From contig DATBHM010000065.1 of NCBI GenBank assembly GCA_036557505.1, forward strand, positions 6,742 through 70,741: 64,000 bases of DNA, in the 5' to 3' direction. This DNA comes from Actinomycetota bacterium. Its GTDB lineage: Bacteria > Actinomycetota > UBA4738 > JACQTL01. Below, piece by piece: positions 17,070 to 29,020 of this stretch. Numbering within the stretch: the stretch's first letter is position 1; each line of letters starts with the position of its first letter. The notes under the pieces were generated by a model. The model did not search any database and was not told the DNA's origin. It worked only from the letters and a program-made list of their open reading frames with translations. The position numbers were made by a program, and so were the translations under genes.

Positions 17070-18553
17070 TCATGCGCGCTCCGGTTGGGGCTCGGGGGCG
17101 GCGGACGGCGCCTCGGGCAGGGGCGTCGGCCGAAGCGGCAGGCGGATCCGGAAGATCGCGCCGTCGCCGGGCGTCGCCGACACGCCGATGGTCCCCGCAT
17201 GGGCCCGGACGATGGCCGCGGCGATCGACAGCCCGAGCCCGGTGCCGCCGCTCTCGCGTGACCGCGACGGGTCGCCCCGGTAGAAGCGCTCGAACACCCT
17301 CGCGGCCTCCTCGTCGGACATGCCCGGCCCGCGGTCGGCGACGTCGAGCACGGCCGCGTGGTCCTCGACCGTCAGGCGGATGGTCACTGCCGTTCCCGGG
17401 TGCGTGTGCGTTCGCGCGTTGTCGAGGAGGTTGGCCACGACCTGTCGCAGCCGGGGCTCGTCGCCGTCGACGACGACGTCCGGCCGCGCCTCGAGCGTGA
17501 CCTCCCGCTCGGGATCGGCGGCGCGGAGGTCGTCGGCCGCGTCGCGGACCAGTGCGCTGAGGTCCACCCGGCGGCGCTCCAGCGGGCGGCCCTGGTCGAG
17601 ACGCGCCAGGAGCAGGAGGTCGTCGACGAGCAGGCCCATCCGTGCTCCCTCGTCCTCGATGCGGCGCATGGCACGTTCGAGGTCCTCCGGCCGCTCGGCG
17701 GCGCCGCGCCGGAACAGCTCCGCGTAGCCGCGGATCGACGTGAGCGGCGTCCGCAGCTCGTGCGACGCGTCCGCGACGAACCGGCGCAGCCGGGCCTCGC
17801 TGGCGCGCTGTTCCTCGAACGAGGTCTCGATGCGCCCGAGCATCGTGTTGAGCGCGGTGCCGAGCTGGCCGACCTCCGTCCGGTCGTCGGCCGGCTCGAC
17901 CCGCCGGGACAGGTCCCCGCCGGCGATGGCGCCGGCCGTGTCGGCCATCCGGTCCAGGGGCCGAAGGCCGAGCCGCACCAGCCACCACGAGAGCAGGCCG
18001 ATCGCGAGGACGACCACGCCGACCACTACCATCTCGATGACGACGAGCTTGTGCAGGGTCTGGTTCACCTCGGTGAGCGGGATCGCGATGACCTCGGCTC
18101 CGTCGTCGTCGCCGATCCCGACGTAATCGATGCTGGCTCGGAAATCCGGGCCACCGGATGCGGCAGCGCCAACCGACACGACCTGATCCGGCGTCGCGCC
18201 CGTGGCCACCGACCGCACGACGTCGACGGGGACGGCCGGATGTGGGCCTGTCCCGTCATAGGTGAAGGAGTGGTCGACGAGCCGTTCGCCGGAGGAGCGA
18301 TACAGCGCTGCATACGTTCCCGAGGGGAGCTGCATCCCCAGATCGCCGCCCGGCCCCGGCCCGGGCCCAGGCGAGTCGCCGAGCTCGTCCTGGAGGGTGA
18401 AGTGGACCGGAGCCCGCGCCGCGACGAGCTCGCCGTCGACACGGTCGATGAGCTGCTTGCGGAGCAGGCTGTACGTGGCGATGCCCGCGACCGCGAGGCC
18501 GAGCGCCACCAGGATCAAAGTGGCGGCGAGGACGCGGGTGCGGAGCGAGAACC

Positions 18554-18557
<4 letters not shown>
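17070..18557 (-). CDS. Two-component sensor histidine kinase (MprB/MtrB-like) with 2 TM helices, HAMP, HisKA and HATPase_c domains
   Basis: The H-box is ADASHELRTPLTSIRGYAELF, and the N, G1 and G2 boxes are GTGLGLSIAAAIV. The start at ATG 18557 (MRFSLRTRVLAATLILVALG) overlaps the upstream stop as ATGA. Confidence 0.8.
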
Positions 18558-19303
<746 letters not shown>

Positions 19304-19345
19304 CGGCTGTGTGCCGGCTCAAGGGAAGCTAGGACCCGAACCTTG

Positions 19346-19364
19346 GAGCTTCCTGAGAGCTTCC
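19346..19364. promoter_or_regulatory. 8-bp direct repeat GAGCTTCC-TGA-GAGCTTCC, with a near-inverted copy GGAAGCTA at 19323-19330, upstream of the response regulator gene
   Basis: This is read directly from the intergenic region 19304-19415 between the divergent response regulator and YbaK-like genes. The architecture of two 8-bp repeats with a 3-bp spacer is typical of OmpR-family autoregulatory boxes. Confidence 0.35.
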
Positions 19365-19415
19365 TTGGCACCGGGGTAGTCGGCAACCACTGCCCGGGCG
19401 GTACGCTGCGCGCCC

Positions 19416-19889
19416 ATGTCCCCCGAACCCGACACGCCGGCGATCCGCCTCCTGCATTCGACCGGCGTGGAGTTCAGGGTCGTGCGGACCGAACGGCCCT
19501 CGAGCGTCGAGGAGAGCGCGCGCCTCCAGGGGATCGAGGTCGGGTCGCTGCTGCGGACGATCGTGGTCCGCCGGGGCGAGAACGACTACGTGTTCGTGCT
19601 CGTTCCGGGGGGCCGGGAGATCGACTGGCCAAAGCTCCGTGCGCACCTCGGGGTTCGACGGCTCTCGCTCCCCGATCAGGAAGAGGCGCGCGCGGCGACG
19701 GGGTACGAACGCGGGGCGATCACGCCGTTCGGCGCGACGACGGCATGGCCGGTGGTCGCCGACGCGAGCGTCGCCGCGAAGGACCGCGTCGCGATCGGCG
19801 GGGGCGCGAGGGGCGTGAACGTCCACCTCCGCGCGACCGACCTCATCGCGACATCGAGCGCGAGCGTGGTGGACGTCACCAAGGACTGA
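19416..19889 (+). CDS. YbaK/ProX-type aminoacyl-tRNA deacylase domain protein
   Basis: The 157-aa product has a YbaK-like pattern (VRTIVVRRGENDYVFVLVPGGREIDWPKL...TGYERGAITPFG). Confidence 0.6.
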   Translation: MSPEPDTPAIRLLHSTGVEFRVVRTERPSSVEESARLQGIEVGSLLRTIVVRRGENDYVFVLVPGGREIDWPKLRAHLGVRRLSLPDQEEARAATGYERGAITPFGATTAWPVVADASVAAKDRVAIGGGARGVNVHLRATDLIATSSASVVDVTKD

Positions 19890-19994
19890 AGATCGAGCCG
19901 CATCACCTCGCGTGGGGGAATCCCGGTCGCGCGGGCGAAGAACAGTCGGCAGACGCCCACGGGATAGAAGAGAGCCGGGCGTTGGTCGACCTCG

Positions 19995-20291
19995 TTGACG
20001 CGGGGCTCCCGAAGCGTGCATGCGAGAATCGCTCCGATGTCCGGAGAGGTCGGTCGATCCGTGATCCGCCCCATCCTCGTGTACCTGGCGGCCGCCTCCC
20101 TCTTCGTCGGGTCGCTCGTATGGGCGATCCTGCTCCCCAACATCGTGAAGGACTCCGGCTTCAGCGACCTGACCCTCACCGACTCCCGGATCCCGCTTCG
20201 ACTCGTCATCGCTGGAGGCGGGGCCCTGCTCGCTCTCGCCATCGCCAAGCGCGCCTACCCGCGGAAGCGGGTTCCCTGGCCCCAGGAGTGA
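19995..20291 (+). CDS. Small 2-TM membrane protein (hypothetical)
   Basis: It has two hydrophobic helices. The start is uncertain (ATG 19995 or 20037). No family is recognised. Confidence 0.3.
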   Translation: MTRGSRSVHARIAPMSGEVGRSVIRPILVYLAAASLFVGSLVWAILLPNIVKDSGFSDLTLTDSRIPLRLVIAGGGALLALAIAKRAYPRKRVPWPQE

Positions 20292-20392
20292 CTGTCATAC
20301 CCCGCGCCGGCATGGCGGCGAGGACATCCTCCGCCGGAACCCGCAGGCGGCTGTGGTCGTCGAAAGCACCACATCGAGTTCGAGGAGGCGAT

Positions 20393-20752
20393 GTGCCTTC
20401 GATCCACAGCACCTTCGTTCGAGCCGCAATGGTCCTCGCTTCGGTATCGCTGATCCTGTTGGGGGCCTGCGCTCATCCCGGGGTGGGCGTCGACGTGGGG
20501 ATCGTGTACCGGGGCGGCCCGGCGCCGGGGAACTCCGACGTCCTGCGTCCGGGAACCGTCGAGATCCTCACCGCCGACGGTGAGCTGAAGGCCTCCGGGC
20601 GGGTTCAGGATGGTCAGGAGTTCCACACGACCCTTCCACCGGGCAACTACATGGTGGTGACGCACAGCGGGGACGCGGGGTGCGCATCGCGTGCGATTAC
20701 GGTCGTGGACGGTTCGCCCGCCAGCCTGCACGTCGCCTGCTCGATCAAGTAG
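20393..20752 (+). CDS. Putative lipoprotein (hypothetical)
   Basis: A GTG start at 20393 follows a GAGGAGG ribosome-binding site. The signal peptide ends in a lipobox-like LLGAC. Confidence 0.4.
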   Translation: MPSIHSTFVRAAMVLASVSLILLGACAHPGVGVDVGIVYRGGPAPGNSDVLRPGTVEILTADGELKASGRVQDGQEFHTTLPPGNYMVVTHSGDAGCASRAITVVDGSPASLHVACSIK

Positions 20753-20771
20753 ACGGTCGCCGGAGCTCCGA

Positions 20772-21194
20772 TCACGAACCCGCGTCCGGACGCGGCGTGC
20801 CGACCGGGCTCGGTGTGATCGGGAGGTCGGCCACGCGGAACCACCAACGCATCACCAGCTTCTCGAGTCGGCCGGCCTGGACCGACGGATCCTCCTGGCA
20901 GCGTGTGCGGACCTCGTCGACCGGGAGCGTCCACAGCTCGATGCCGCGGAGGCGCGGGTCGCTCTGATCGGAGAACGGTCCGGCCGCCGCGATCGAACCG
21001 TCCGCGCGGTATCGGTCGAGGTGCGCGAGGTGGCCGGCCTGGAGGCGGTCGAGTTCCTCGTCGGGGAGATCGGGTGCGTTCTCCGGACGGCGCAGCAGCA
21101 CGAACGTGAAGCTTGCCATGCCCGGCGGCATGTCGTCGGCCGTGAAGCGGTCGTCCTCCTCCGATAGCGGAGCGGCTTCGTCGACCGAGCTCAT
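20772..21194 (-). CDS. YciI-like protein
   Basis: The sequence FTFVLLRRPENAPDL...HLAHLDRYRADGSIAAAGPF...DPSVQAGRLEKLVMRWW matches the YciI family. The start at ATG 21194 overlaps the upstream small-ORF stop as ATGA. Confidence 0.6.
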   Translation of the reverse strand: MSSVDEAAPLSEEDDRFTADDMPPGMASFTFVLLRRPENAPDLPDEELDRLQAGHLAHLDRYRADGSIAAAGPFSDQSDPRLRGIELWTLPVDEVRTRCQEDPSVQAGRLEKLVMRWWFRVADLPITPSPVGTPRPDAGS

Positions 21195-21334
21195 CGGAGC
21201 TGCTGGGCCAGGCCCAGATGGTTGCCCTCGACCAGCACCTCGGACCCCGGCGCATCGCGGTACCAGGCGACCGCCGCCTCGAGGTCCTTCACCGGGAACG
21301 TCATCGTCGACCCGGTTCCCCATTCGATTCCCAT
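21191..21334 (-). CDS. 47-aa small ORF resembling the first beta-alpha-beta of a VOC (glyoxalase/bleomycin-resistance) fold
   Basis: A strong GGGAGG ribosome-binding site lies 8 nt upstream of ATG 21334. The product MGIEWGTGSTMTFPVKDLEAAVAWYRDAPGSEVLVEGNHLGLAQQLR resembles a VOC N-terminus but is far too short for a complete domain. Confidence 0.3.
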   Translation of the reverse strand: MGIEWGTGSTMTFPVKDLEAAVAWYRDAPGSEVLVEGNHLGLAQQLR

Positions 21335-21347
21335 GTCCTGAACCTCC

Positions 21348-21839
21348 CTATGACGGCACCTCGGCCGCTGCGACCGCATCCCGCATGTGCTCGAGGTGGA
21401 GCCGCGGGTGCCGGGCAGTCGCCCCGACCATGCGTTCCACACTGATGACGACGCCCCCGGCCGGTCCGTGCACGGCCTCCCGGGACATCTCCTCGGCCGT
21501 GATCCCCTGCAGGTACTGGCGAAGGCGGGCTTCATTCGTCTCGAGGTCGTCGAGCGTCTGCTGCTTGGTGGTCGACGCGAACTCCGCCGCGTGGTGCGCG
21601 TTGCCCTCGTCGTGGGTGTCCCCGTTTCCCGGGACTGCCTCGTCCCGGCGGAGGTGGTCGAGCCACTCGATCACCTTCTCGTGCCCGGCCGCGATGTGGT
21701 GCGCCACCACGCCGACGGGCCAGCCCTCCACGGTCGAGACCTCACGCCACTCGCGCTCGTCGCACCCCCGAACGAACTCGACGACCTCCACGTGCACCTC
21801 GTCGAGCTGCGCGAGGGCCTGTTCGATCCTCGGATCCAT
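21348..21839 (-). CDS. DinB / mycothiol-dependent maleylpyruvate isomerase N-terminal-like metal-binding protein
   Basis: The 163-aa product has the His-containing helical bundle pattern of the DinB_2/MDMPI_N family (VVAHHIAAGHEKV... and HLEHMRDAV). Confidence 0.5.
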   Translation of the reverse strand: MDPRIEQALAQLDEVHVEVVEFVRGCDEREWREVSTVEGWPVGVVAHHIAAGHEKVIEWLDHLRRDEAVPGNGDTHDEGNAHHAAEFASTTKQQTLDDLETNEARLRQYLQGITAEEMSREAVHGPAGGVVISVERMVGATARHPRLHLEHMRDAVAAAEVPS

Positions 21840-21864
21840 CGCACCAACCTCCCCCGTGGTGGAC

Positions 21865-22626
21865 TCAGGCGACCTCGAGCGGTTCGCCCGTCTCGATCCA
21901 CGTCTTCAACCCCGACAGCACGATCGACCAGCCGCGGTGCACGCGCTGATACAGCGCGGAACCGGGTTCGAGCTCCGAGTGCACGACGGTCAGCTTGGTG
22001 GCCCTGCCGTCCTCGGTCGGTTCGAGCTCCCACGACACCCTGGTCGGGTGCTCGACCGTGTCCGGGCTGGGCGGCGAGGTCCACGTCGTCACCAGCAGAC
22101 GAGGGGGCTCGCACTCCAGCACCACGCCCCGCAGCGCCTCGGAACCGTCGGGCGACCGGTGCACGATCTCCTCGCCCGGCGCGAACGTCGACTCGACCGC
22201 GGTGTCGAAGAAGTAGCGCCGCGTCTCACTGGGATCTGTGATGGCCCGCCAGATCCGTTCCGGCGTCGCCCGGATGTACACCTCGAACACGTGCCTGCCG
22301 TCGGCGGCCAATTCGGGAACTCCTTCCAGGTCGCGCTTCATGTCGGAGAGCGTCCGGACGAACGGCTCGGCGAACCGCGAGATCCACCGGTCGTGGACCA
22401 GCCGGATCGGCACCGGGTTGAGGTAGTGGAGCTTGCGGCGCCCCTCCCTCCGCACCACCACCAGACCGGCCCCCTCGAGGACGCCGAGGTGCTTCGCGAC
22501 ACCGAACCGGGTCATCGGCTCGAGCGAGGCGGTGAGCTCGACCAGCGTCTGCCCGTCGCGTTCGGCGAGCCGGTCGAGCAGGTGGCGGCGGTGGGGGTCG
22601 ACGATGGCCCGGAACACCTCGTCCAT
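21865..22626 (-). CDS. ArsR-family HTH transcriptional regulator fused to an SRPBCC (AHSA1/activator of Hsp90 ATPase-like) domain
   Basis: The N-terminal ArsR wHTH reads FRAIVDPHRRHLLDRLAERDGQTLVELTASLEPMTRFGVAKHLGVLEGAGLV. The C-terminal roughly 150 aa are AHSA1-like. Confidence 0.7.
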   Translation of the reverse strand: MDEVFRAIVDPHRRHLLDRLAERDGQTLVELTASLEPMTRFGVAKHLGVLEGAGLVVVRREGRRKLHYLNPVPIRLVHDRWISRFAEPFVRTLSDMKRDLEGVPELAADGRHVFEVYIRATPERIWRAITDPSETRRYFFDTAVESTFAPGEEIVHRSPDGSEALRGVVLECEPPRLLVTTWTSPPSPDTVEHPTRVSWELEPTEDGRATKLTVVHSELEPGSALYQRVHRGWSIVLSGLKTWIETGEPLEVA

Positions 22627-22676
22627 GGCGGCGGAGGATAGGTGACCGCAGAGTCACCTGTCAATCGGATTCCCTC

Positions 22677-25467
<2,791 letters not shown>

Positions 25468-25521
25468 ACGGGGCCGCTGGTCGACGGCGACTGGCTCGCC
25501 TCGCACATCGACGACGAGGGC

Positions 25522-26295
25522 GTGGTCGTCGCCGACGCCCGCTGGTACCCGGACGGGTCCGGACGCGCGACGTACGAGGCCGGACACATCCCCGGCGCGG
25601 TGTTCGCGGACGTCGACAACGATCTCGCCGTGCCGAAGACCGCGACCACCGGCCGGCACCAACTGCCCACGCCGGAGGCGTTCGCGGAGGCCATGTCCCG
25701 GATGGGGATCGGCGACGACGACCTCGTGGTGGCCTACGACGACGCGGGCGACGCCAATGCTGCCCGCCTATGGTGGATGCTCGACGTGATCGGCCATCGG
25801 GCTGCGCTCCTCGACGGTGGGCTCGCAGCGTGGCCCGGTCCCCTCGAGATCGGTCCGTCGCCGCACCGCCCCACCGCGTCGTTCACGCCGAGGCCCTGGC
25901 CGGACGACGCGATCGCCGACGCGGCGATGGTGGACCGGCTCCGGAGCGATCCGGCCGCGGTGGTGATCGATGCTCGTGCGGCGGAGCGGTTCCGCGGGGA
26001 GACCGAGCCCATCGATCCGGTGGCGGGCCGCATCCCCGGGGCGGTGTCAGCGCCGTTCGCCGGGAACCTCGATCCGGCCAACGGGCGGTTCCTGCCGCCC
26101 GAACGGCTTCGCGAACGCTTCGAGGCGCTCGGCGTCGCTTCCGCTCGCGAGGTCGTCGCGTACTGCGGCTCGGGGGTGACCTCCGCCCACGACGTGGTCG
26201 CCATGCGGATCGCGGGCTTGGACCCCCCGAGGCTCTACGTCGGCAGCTGGTCGGAGTGGATCACCGACCCGGCGCGTCCGATCGCCACCGGCTGA
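25522..26295 (+). CDS. Thiosulfate/3-mercaptopyruvate sulfurtransferase with tandem rhodanese domains
   Basis: The protein has two rhodanese modules. The active-site Cys is in the YCGSGVTS loop of the second module. Homology (LVDGDWLASHIDDEGVVV) continues in frame upstream to about 25468 with no canonical start, so the true start is unclear. Confidence 0.8.
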   Translation: MVVADARWYPDGSGRATYEAGHIPGAVFADVDNDLAVPKTATTGRHQLPTPEAFAEAMSRMGIGDDDLVVAYDDAGDANAARLWWMLDVIGHRAALLDGGLAAWPGPLEIGPSPHRPTASFTPRPWPDDAIADAAMVDRLRSDPAAVVIDARAAERFRGETEPIDPVAGRIPGAVSAPFAGNLDPANGRFLPPERLRERFEALGVASAREVVAYCGSGVTSAHDVVAMRIAGLDPPRLYVGSWSEWITDPARPIATG

Positions 26296-26298
26296 CGG

Positions 26299-27195
26299 TC
26301 ATCGATCGAGCTCGGCCAGCACGCCACCGAGGGTGTGGATCGAGCTCTCCGTGATCGGATCCGCGACCAGGATCGCCTCGTCGGCGCCCGCGTCGGCGAG
26401 GTCGCGGAGCGCACCTGCGACCTGGGGGGGCGAGCCCTCGACCGGCGTGACCCCCTCTTCGCGCCGTCGTTCGCCGGCCGTCCGCTCGAGGACCACGAGG
26501 ACGCAGGCGCTGCGGTCGACCTCGGCGGGGTTCCGGCCGGCGGAACGGCATGCCTCGTCGATCGACGCATTGCCCTCGGCGAAGCCCTCGGCGGTGTTGC
26601 CATACCAGTCGAACCAGGTGTTCCACGCGTCGACCCACGGAAGCGTCTCCGCGAGCATGCGGGGGCCCGTGCTGCCGACCATGAGCGGCAGCCGACGGGC
26701 GGGCATCGGGAGCAGGACGGCGTCCTCGATGTCCCCGAACCGGCCGTGGACCGTGACGCGCTCGCCGGCCAGGAGTCGGCGAATGACGTCGAACGACTCC
26801 TCGAACCGCGCGGCCCGTTCGGCGAAGGGGAGGCCGAACGCGCGGAACTCGGTCTCGTTCCACCCGGCCCCGATGCCGAAGACCAGCCGCCCACCGCTGA
26901 TCTCGTCCACGGTCGCCGCGCGCTTGGCCAGGACGGCCGGGGGCGAGAACGCCGCGCACGCGACCAGCGGCCCGATGCGCACACGCCGCGTGACCACCGC
27001 GAGTCCGGCCAGCAGTCCCCACGCGTCCCACGGACCGCGCTCGGGGCGGCCGTCGTCCCGGTAGAGCAGGTGGTCGCCGACCCAGATCGAGTCGAACCCG
27101 ACCTCCTCGGCAGCGCGGGCCATGGCCGCGTACTCGGGCCACCGGACCACGCGTTCCACCTCGGGCAGCTGGATGCCCACTCGGATCGGCCGCAC
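26299..27195 (-). CDS. Luciferase-like monooxygenase (LLM) class F420-dependent oxidoreductase
   Basis: It has a TIM-barrel LLM pattern: IRVGIQLP... near the N-terminus and GRLVFGIGAGWNETEF and DEAILVADP further on. Confidence 0.75.
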   Translation of the reverse strand: MRPIRVGIQLPEVERVVRWPEYAAMARAAEEVGFDSIWVGDHLLYRDDGRPERGPWDAWGLLAGLAVVTRRVRIGPLVACAAFSPPAVLAKRAATVDEISGGRLVFGIGAGWNETEFRAFGLPFAERAARFEESFDVIRRLLAGERVTVHGRFGDIEDAVLLPMPARRLPLMVGSTGPRMLAETLPWVDAWNTWFDWYGNTAEGFAEGNASIDEACRSAGRNPAEVDRSACVLVVLERTAGERRREEGVTPVEGSPPQVAGALRDLADAGADEAILVADPITESSIHTLGGVLAELDR

Positions 27196-27226
27196 GGGGC
27201 GGAGTCTACGGACGGCCGGGCCGGGC

Positions 27227-27547
27227 TCAGCGGGTCGCCATCGCGGGCTCGACCGTCATGCCCCGGATGCCCCGCTTGGGGCTCACCAGCTCGAACACCC
27301 GCATCACGGCCGGCTGCACGTTCACCAGGCGGAGGTGACCGCGACCGGACAGCCCCTGGGCCAGCACGATGAGCTTGCCGAGCCCCATGCTGTCCATGAA
27401 GGGCACGCCGCCCATGTCGAGCGTCACCTGTCCCCCGATCAGCGCGAGGTTGGCGAACGTCTCTGCCGCCAGCATGGCGTTGACGTCGGCGAGCTCCCCG
27501 GAGAGGCGGAGGCCGACGCCGTCGGCCAGCGGTTCCGTTCGCAGCAC
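27227..27547 (-). CDS. STAS-domain protein (anti-sigma-factor antagonist-like)
   Basis: The 106-aa product has a phosphorylatable Ser in the DMGGVPFMDSMGLGKLIVL context typical of SpoIIAA/RsbV-like STAS proteins. Confidence 0.7.
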   Translation of the reverse strand: MLRTEPLADGVGLRLSGELADVNAMLAAETFANLALIGGQVTLDMGGVPFMDSMGLGKLIVLAQGLSGRGHLRLVNVQPAVMRVFELVSPKRGIRGMTVEPAMATR

Positions 27548-27710
27548 GGGCCTGCTCCCTTCTCCTCCCCGAACCAGGATCGGCGCCCGGGGAGGCGAAC
27601 CTTGATCCGGCCGGTGGCCGTTTCGCCCGCCCCGGGGGCGGAGGCCGAACGGACGAAACGGGCGCCCCCGGGACGGGGACGCCCGCTGGTCCGGAGCGAG
27701 TGCGAAGGCG

Positions 27711-28532
27711 CTAGTGGCGGTGGTGCTTCGCCGCGGTGCCGCACGACGTCGCGTAGGTGCAGTCGTTGAACGCCTGGGGGCTCACCGGCGCCGACGGCGT
27801 CGCGAGCACCCTGCCGTTCCCGTCCACGAGCTGCATCTCCTCGGCGGCCCGGAGGTTCGCCGGCGCGCCGTTCACCGTCGCGTGGGTGAAGCGCACGGTG
27901 CCGAGGTTCGGCATGGCCGAGAGCCCGGTCCCGCTGGTCCCGATCAGGAGCGGGGTCTCCTCGATCCACTCCGCGGTCGTGTGGGTGGATGGGTAGGGGA
28001 CCGTCTGGCTGAACGTGGCGCCGGTCGTGACGTTCTTCAGGGTGATCGTCCAGACGTCGGAGTCGCCCACGACCTCGGCGATGTTGCCGTGGATCGTGTC
28101 GCCGGCGTGGACGGCGAAGTTGCTGATCGTGATGCTGGGCGCGGGGATGACCTCCCACCACGCGTTGTACGAGGCCTTGCCCCCGGCCGCCACGTCCTGC
28201 TCGGTCCCGGCCTGGATCAGCGTGTTGTCGGTGACGGTGCACGAGGCATCGACGCAGCCGCCGCCGATCCCGATCCAGGTGGACGAGGACTCGGCCTCGC
28301 CGGCCTTGTGCTGCCGGGCGGTGGGAACGACCCACGTGCCGCCGATCGAGTTGAACAGGGTCGAGCCGCGCTCGAGCGTCCCCTGGTTGTAGCCGGACCA
28401 GTTGTTCGACTGGTTGGCGTTCAACGCGACGATCGTGCCGTGGGACGCAGGGGCGGCGGCCTGGACGGCGCAGCCGGTCGTTCCCAGCGCGAGCGCAAGG
28501 CCGGTCGCTGCGATGGCGAGACGGCGTCGCAT
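27711..28532 (-). CDS. Lipoprotein of the peptidase G1 (eqolisin / glutamic peptidase, Peptidase_A4) family
   Basis: ATG 28532 follows an AAGGAG ribosome-binding site. The signal peptide has a lipobox ALGTTGC. The family hallmark NWSGY is present, the WIGIGG...TLIQAGT region holds the catalytic Gln, and TTAEWIEETP holds the catalytic Glu. Confidence 0.6.
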   Translation of the reverse strand: MRRRLAIAATGLALALGTTGCAVQAAAPASHGTIVALNANQSNNWSGYNQGTLERGSTLFNSIGGTWVVPTARQHKAGEAESSSTWIGIGGGCVDASCTVTDNTLIQAGTEQDVAAGGKASYNAWWEVIPAPSITISNFAVHAGDTIHGNIAEVVGDSDVWTITLKNVTTGATFSQTVPYPSTHTTAEWIEETPLLIGTSGTGLSAMPNLGTVRFTHATVNGAPANLRAAEEMQLVDGNGRVLATPSAPVSPQAFNDCTYATSCGTAAKHHRH

Positions 28533-28742
28533 GCGGATCTCCTTTCGGGCTTCGCGGGCGCACCGAAGCGGTGTCGGCATGTTCCCTCTCTGTGCGGGGC
28601 GACTCAGGTGTACCCGCCCGGGGGGGCACGGAAACGGCCGCGTTCACGCCCTTCGCGGTCCTTCGGATAGGCTCCGCCTGCCCGGCGCGATCGGCGGCCG
28701 GCCGGGCCAATCGGTCGGCGCCGCCTCGAGGAGCGAACGAGC

Positions 28743-28970
28743 ATGTCCGACGAGCCACAGCTGAGCTACGACGAGGACATCAAGCCCCTGTTCCGGGAGT
28801 CGGATCGGGCCGAGATGGAGTGGGCGTTCGATCTGTGGAGCGAGTCCGACGTCCGCTCGAACGCCGACGCGATCCTCGAACGGCTCGAGGCCGGCGACAT
28901 GCCGTGCGACGAGGCCTGGCCGGCGGAGAAGATCGAGATCTTCAAGCACTGGGCGAACCAGGGCTCTTAG
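28743..28970 (+). CDS. Small acidic hypothetical protein (75 aa)
   Basis: ATG 28743 follows a GAGGAGCGAACGAGC ribosome-binding site. It reads as a plausible globular small protein (DIKPLFRESDRAEMEWAFDLW...). No family is recognised. Confidence 0.4.
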   Translation: MSDEPQLSYDEDIKPLFRESDRAEMEWAFDLWSESDVRSNADAILERLEAGDMPCDEAWPAEKIEIFKHWANQGS

Positions 28971-29020
28971 CGCGGTCGGTGGCTTGACCGCCGGGGGCCT
29001 CCGGTCCCCATACTTCGCGC

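Noticed and set aside
12999-17500. Long plus-strand ORFs (12999-14417, 15358-17283 and 15914-17500) opposite the hbd, htrA and histidine kinase genes.
   Set aside because: They are shadow ORFs on the antisense strand of well-supported genes. They have biased Arg/Gly/Asp composition, no motifs, and overlap one another in different frames.
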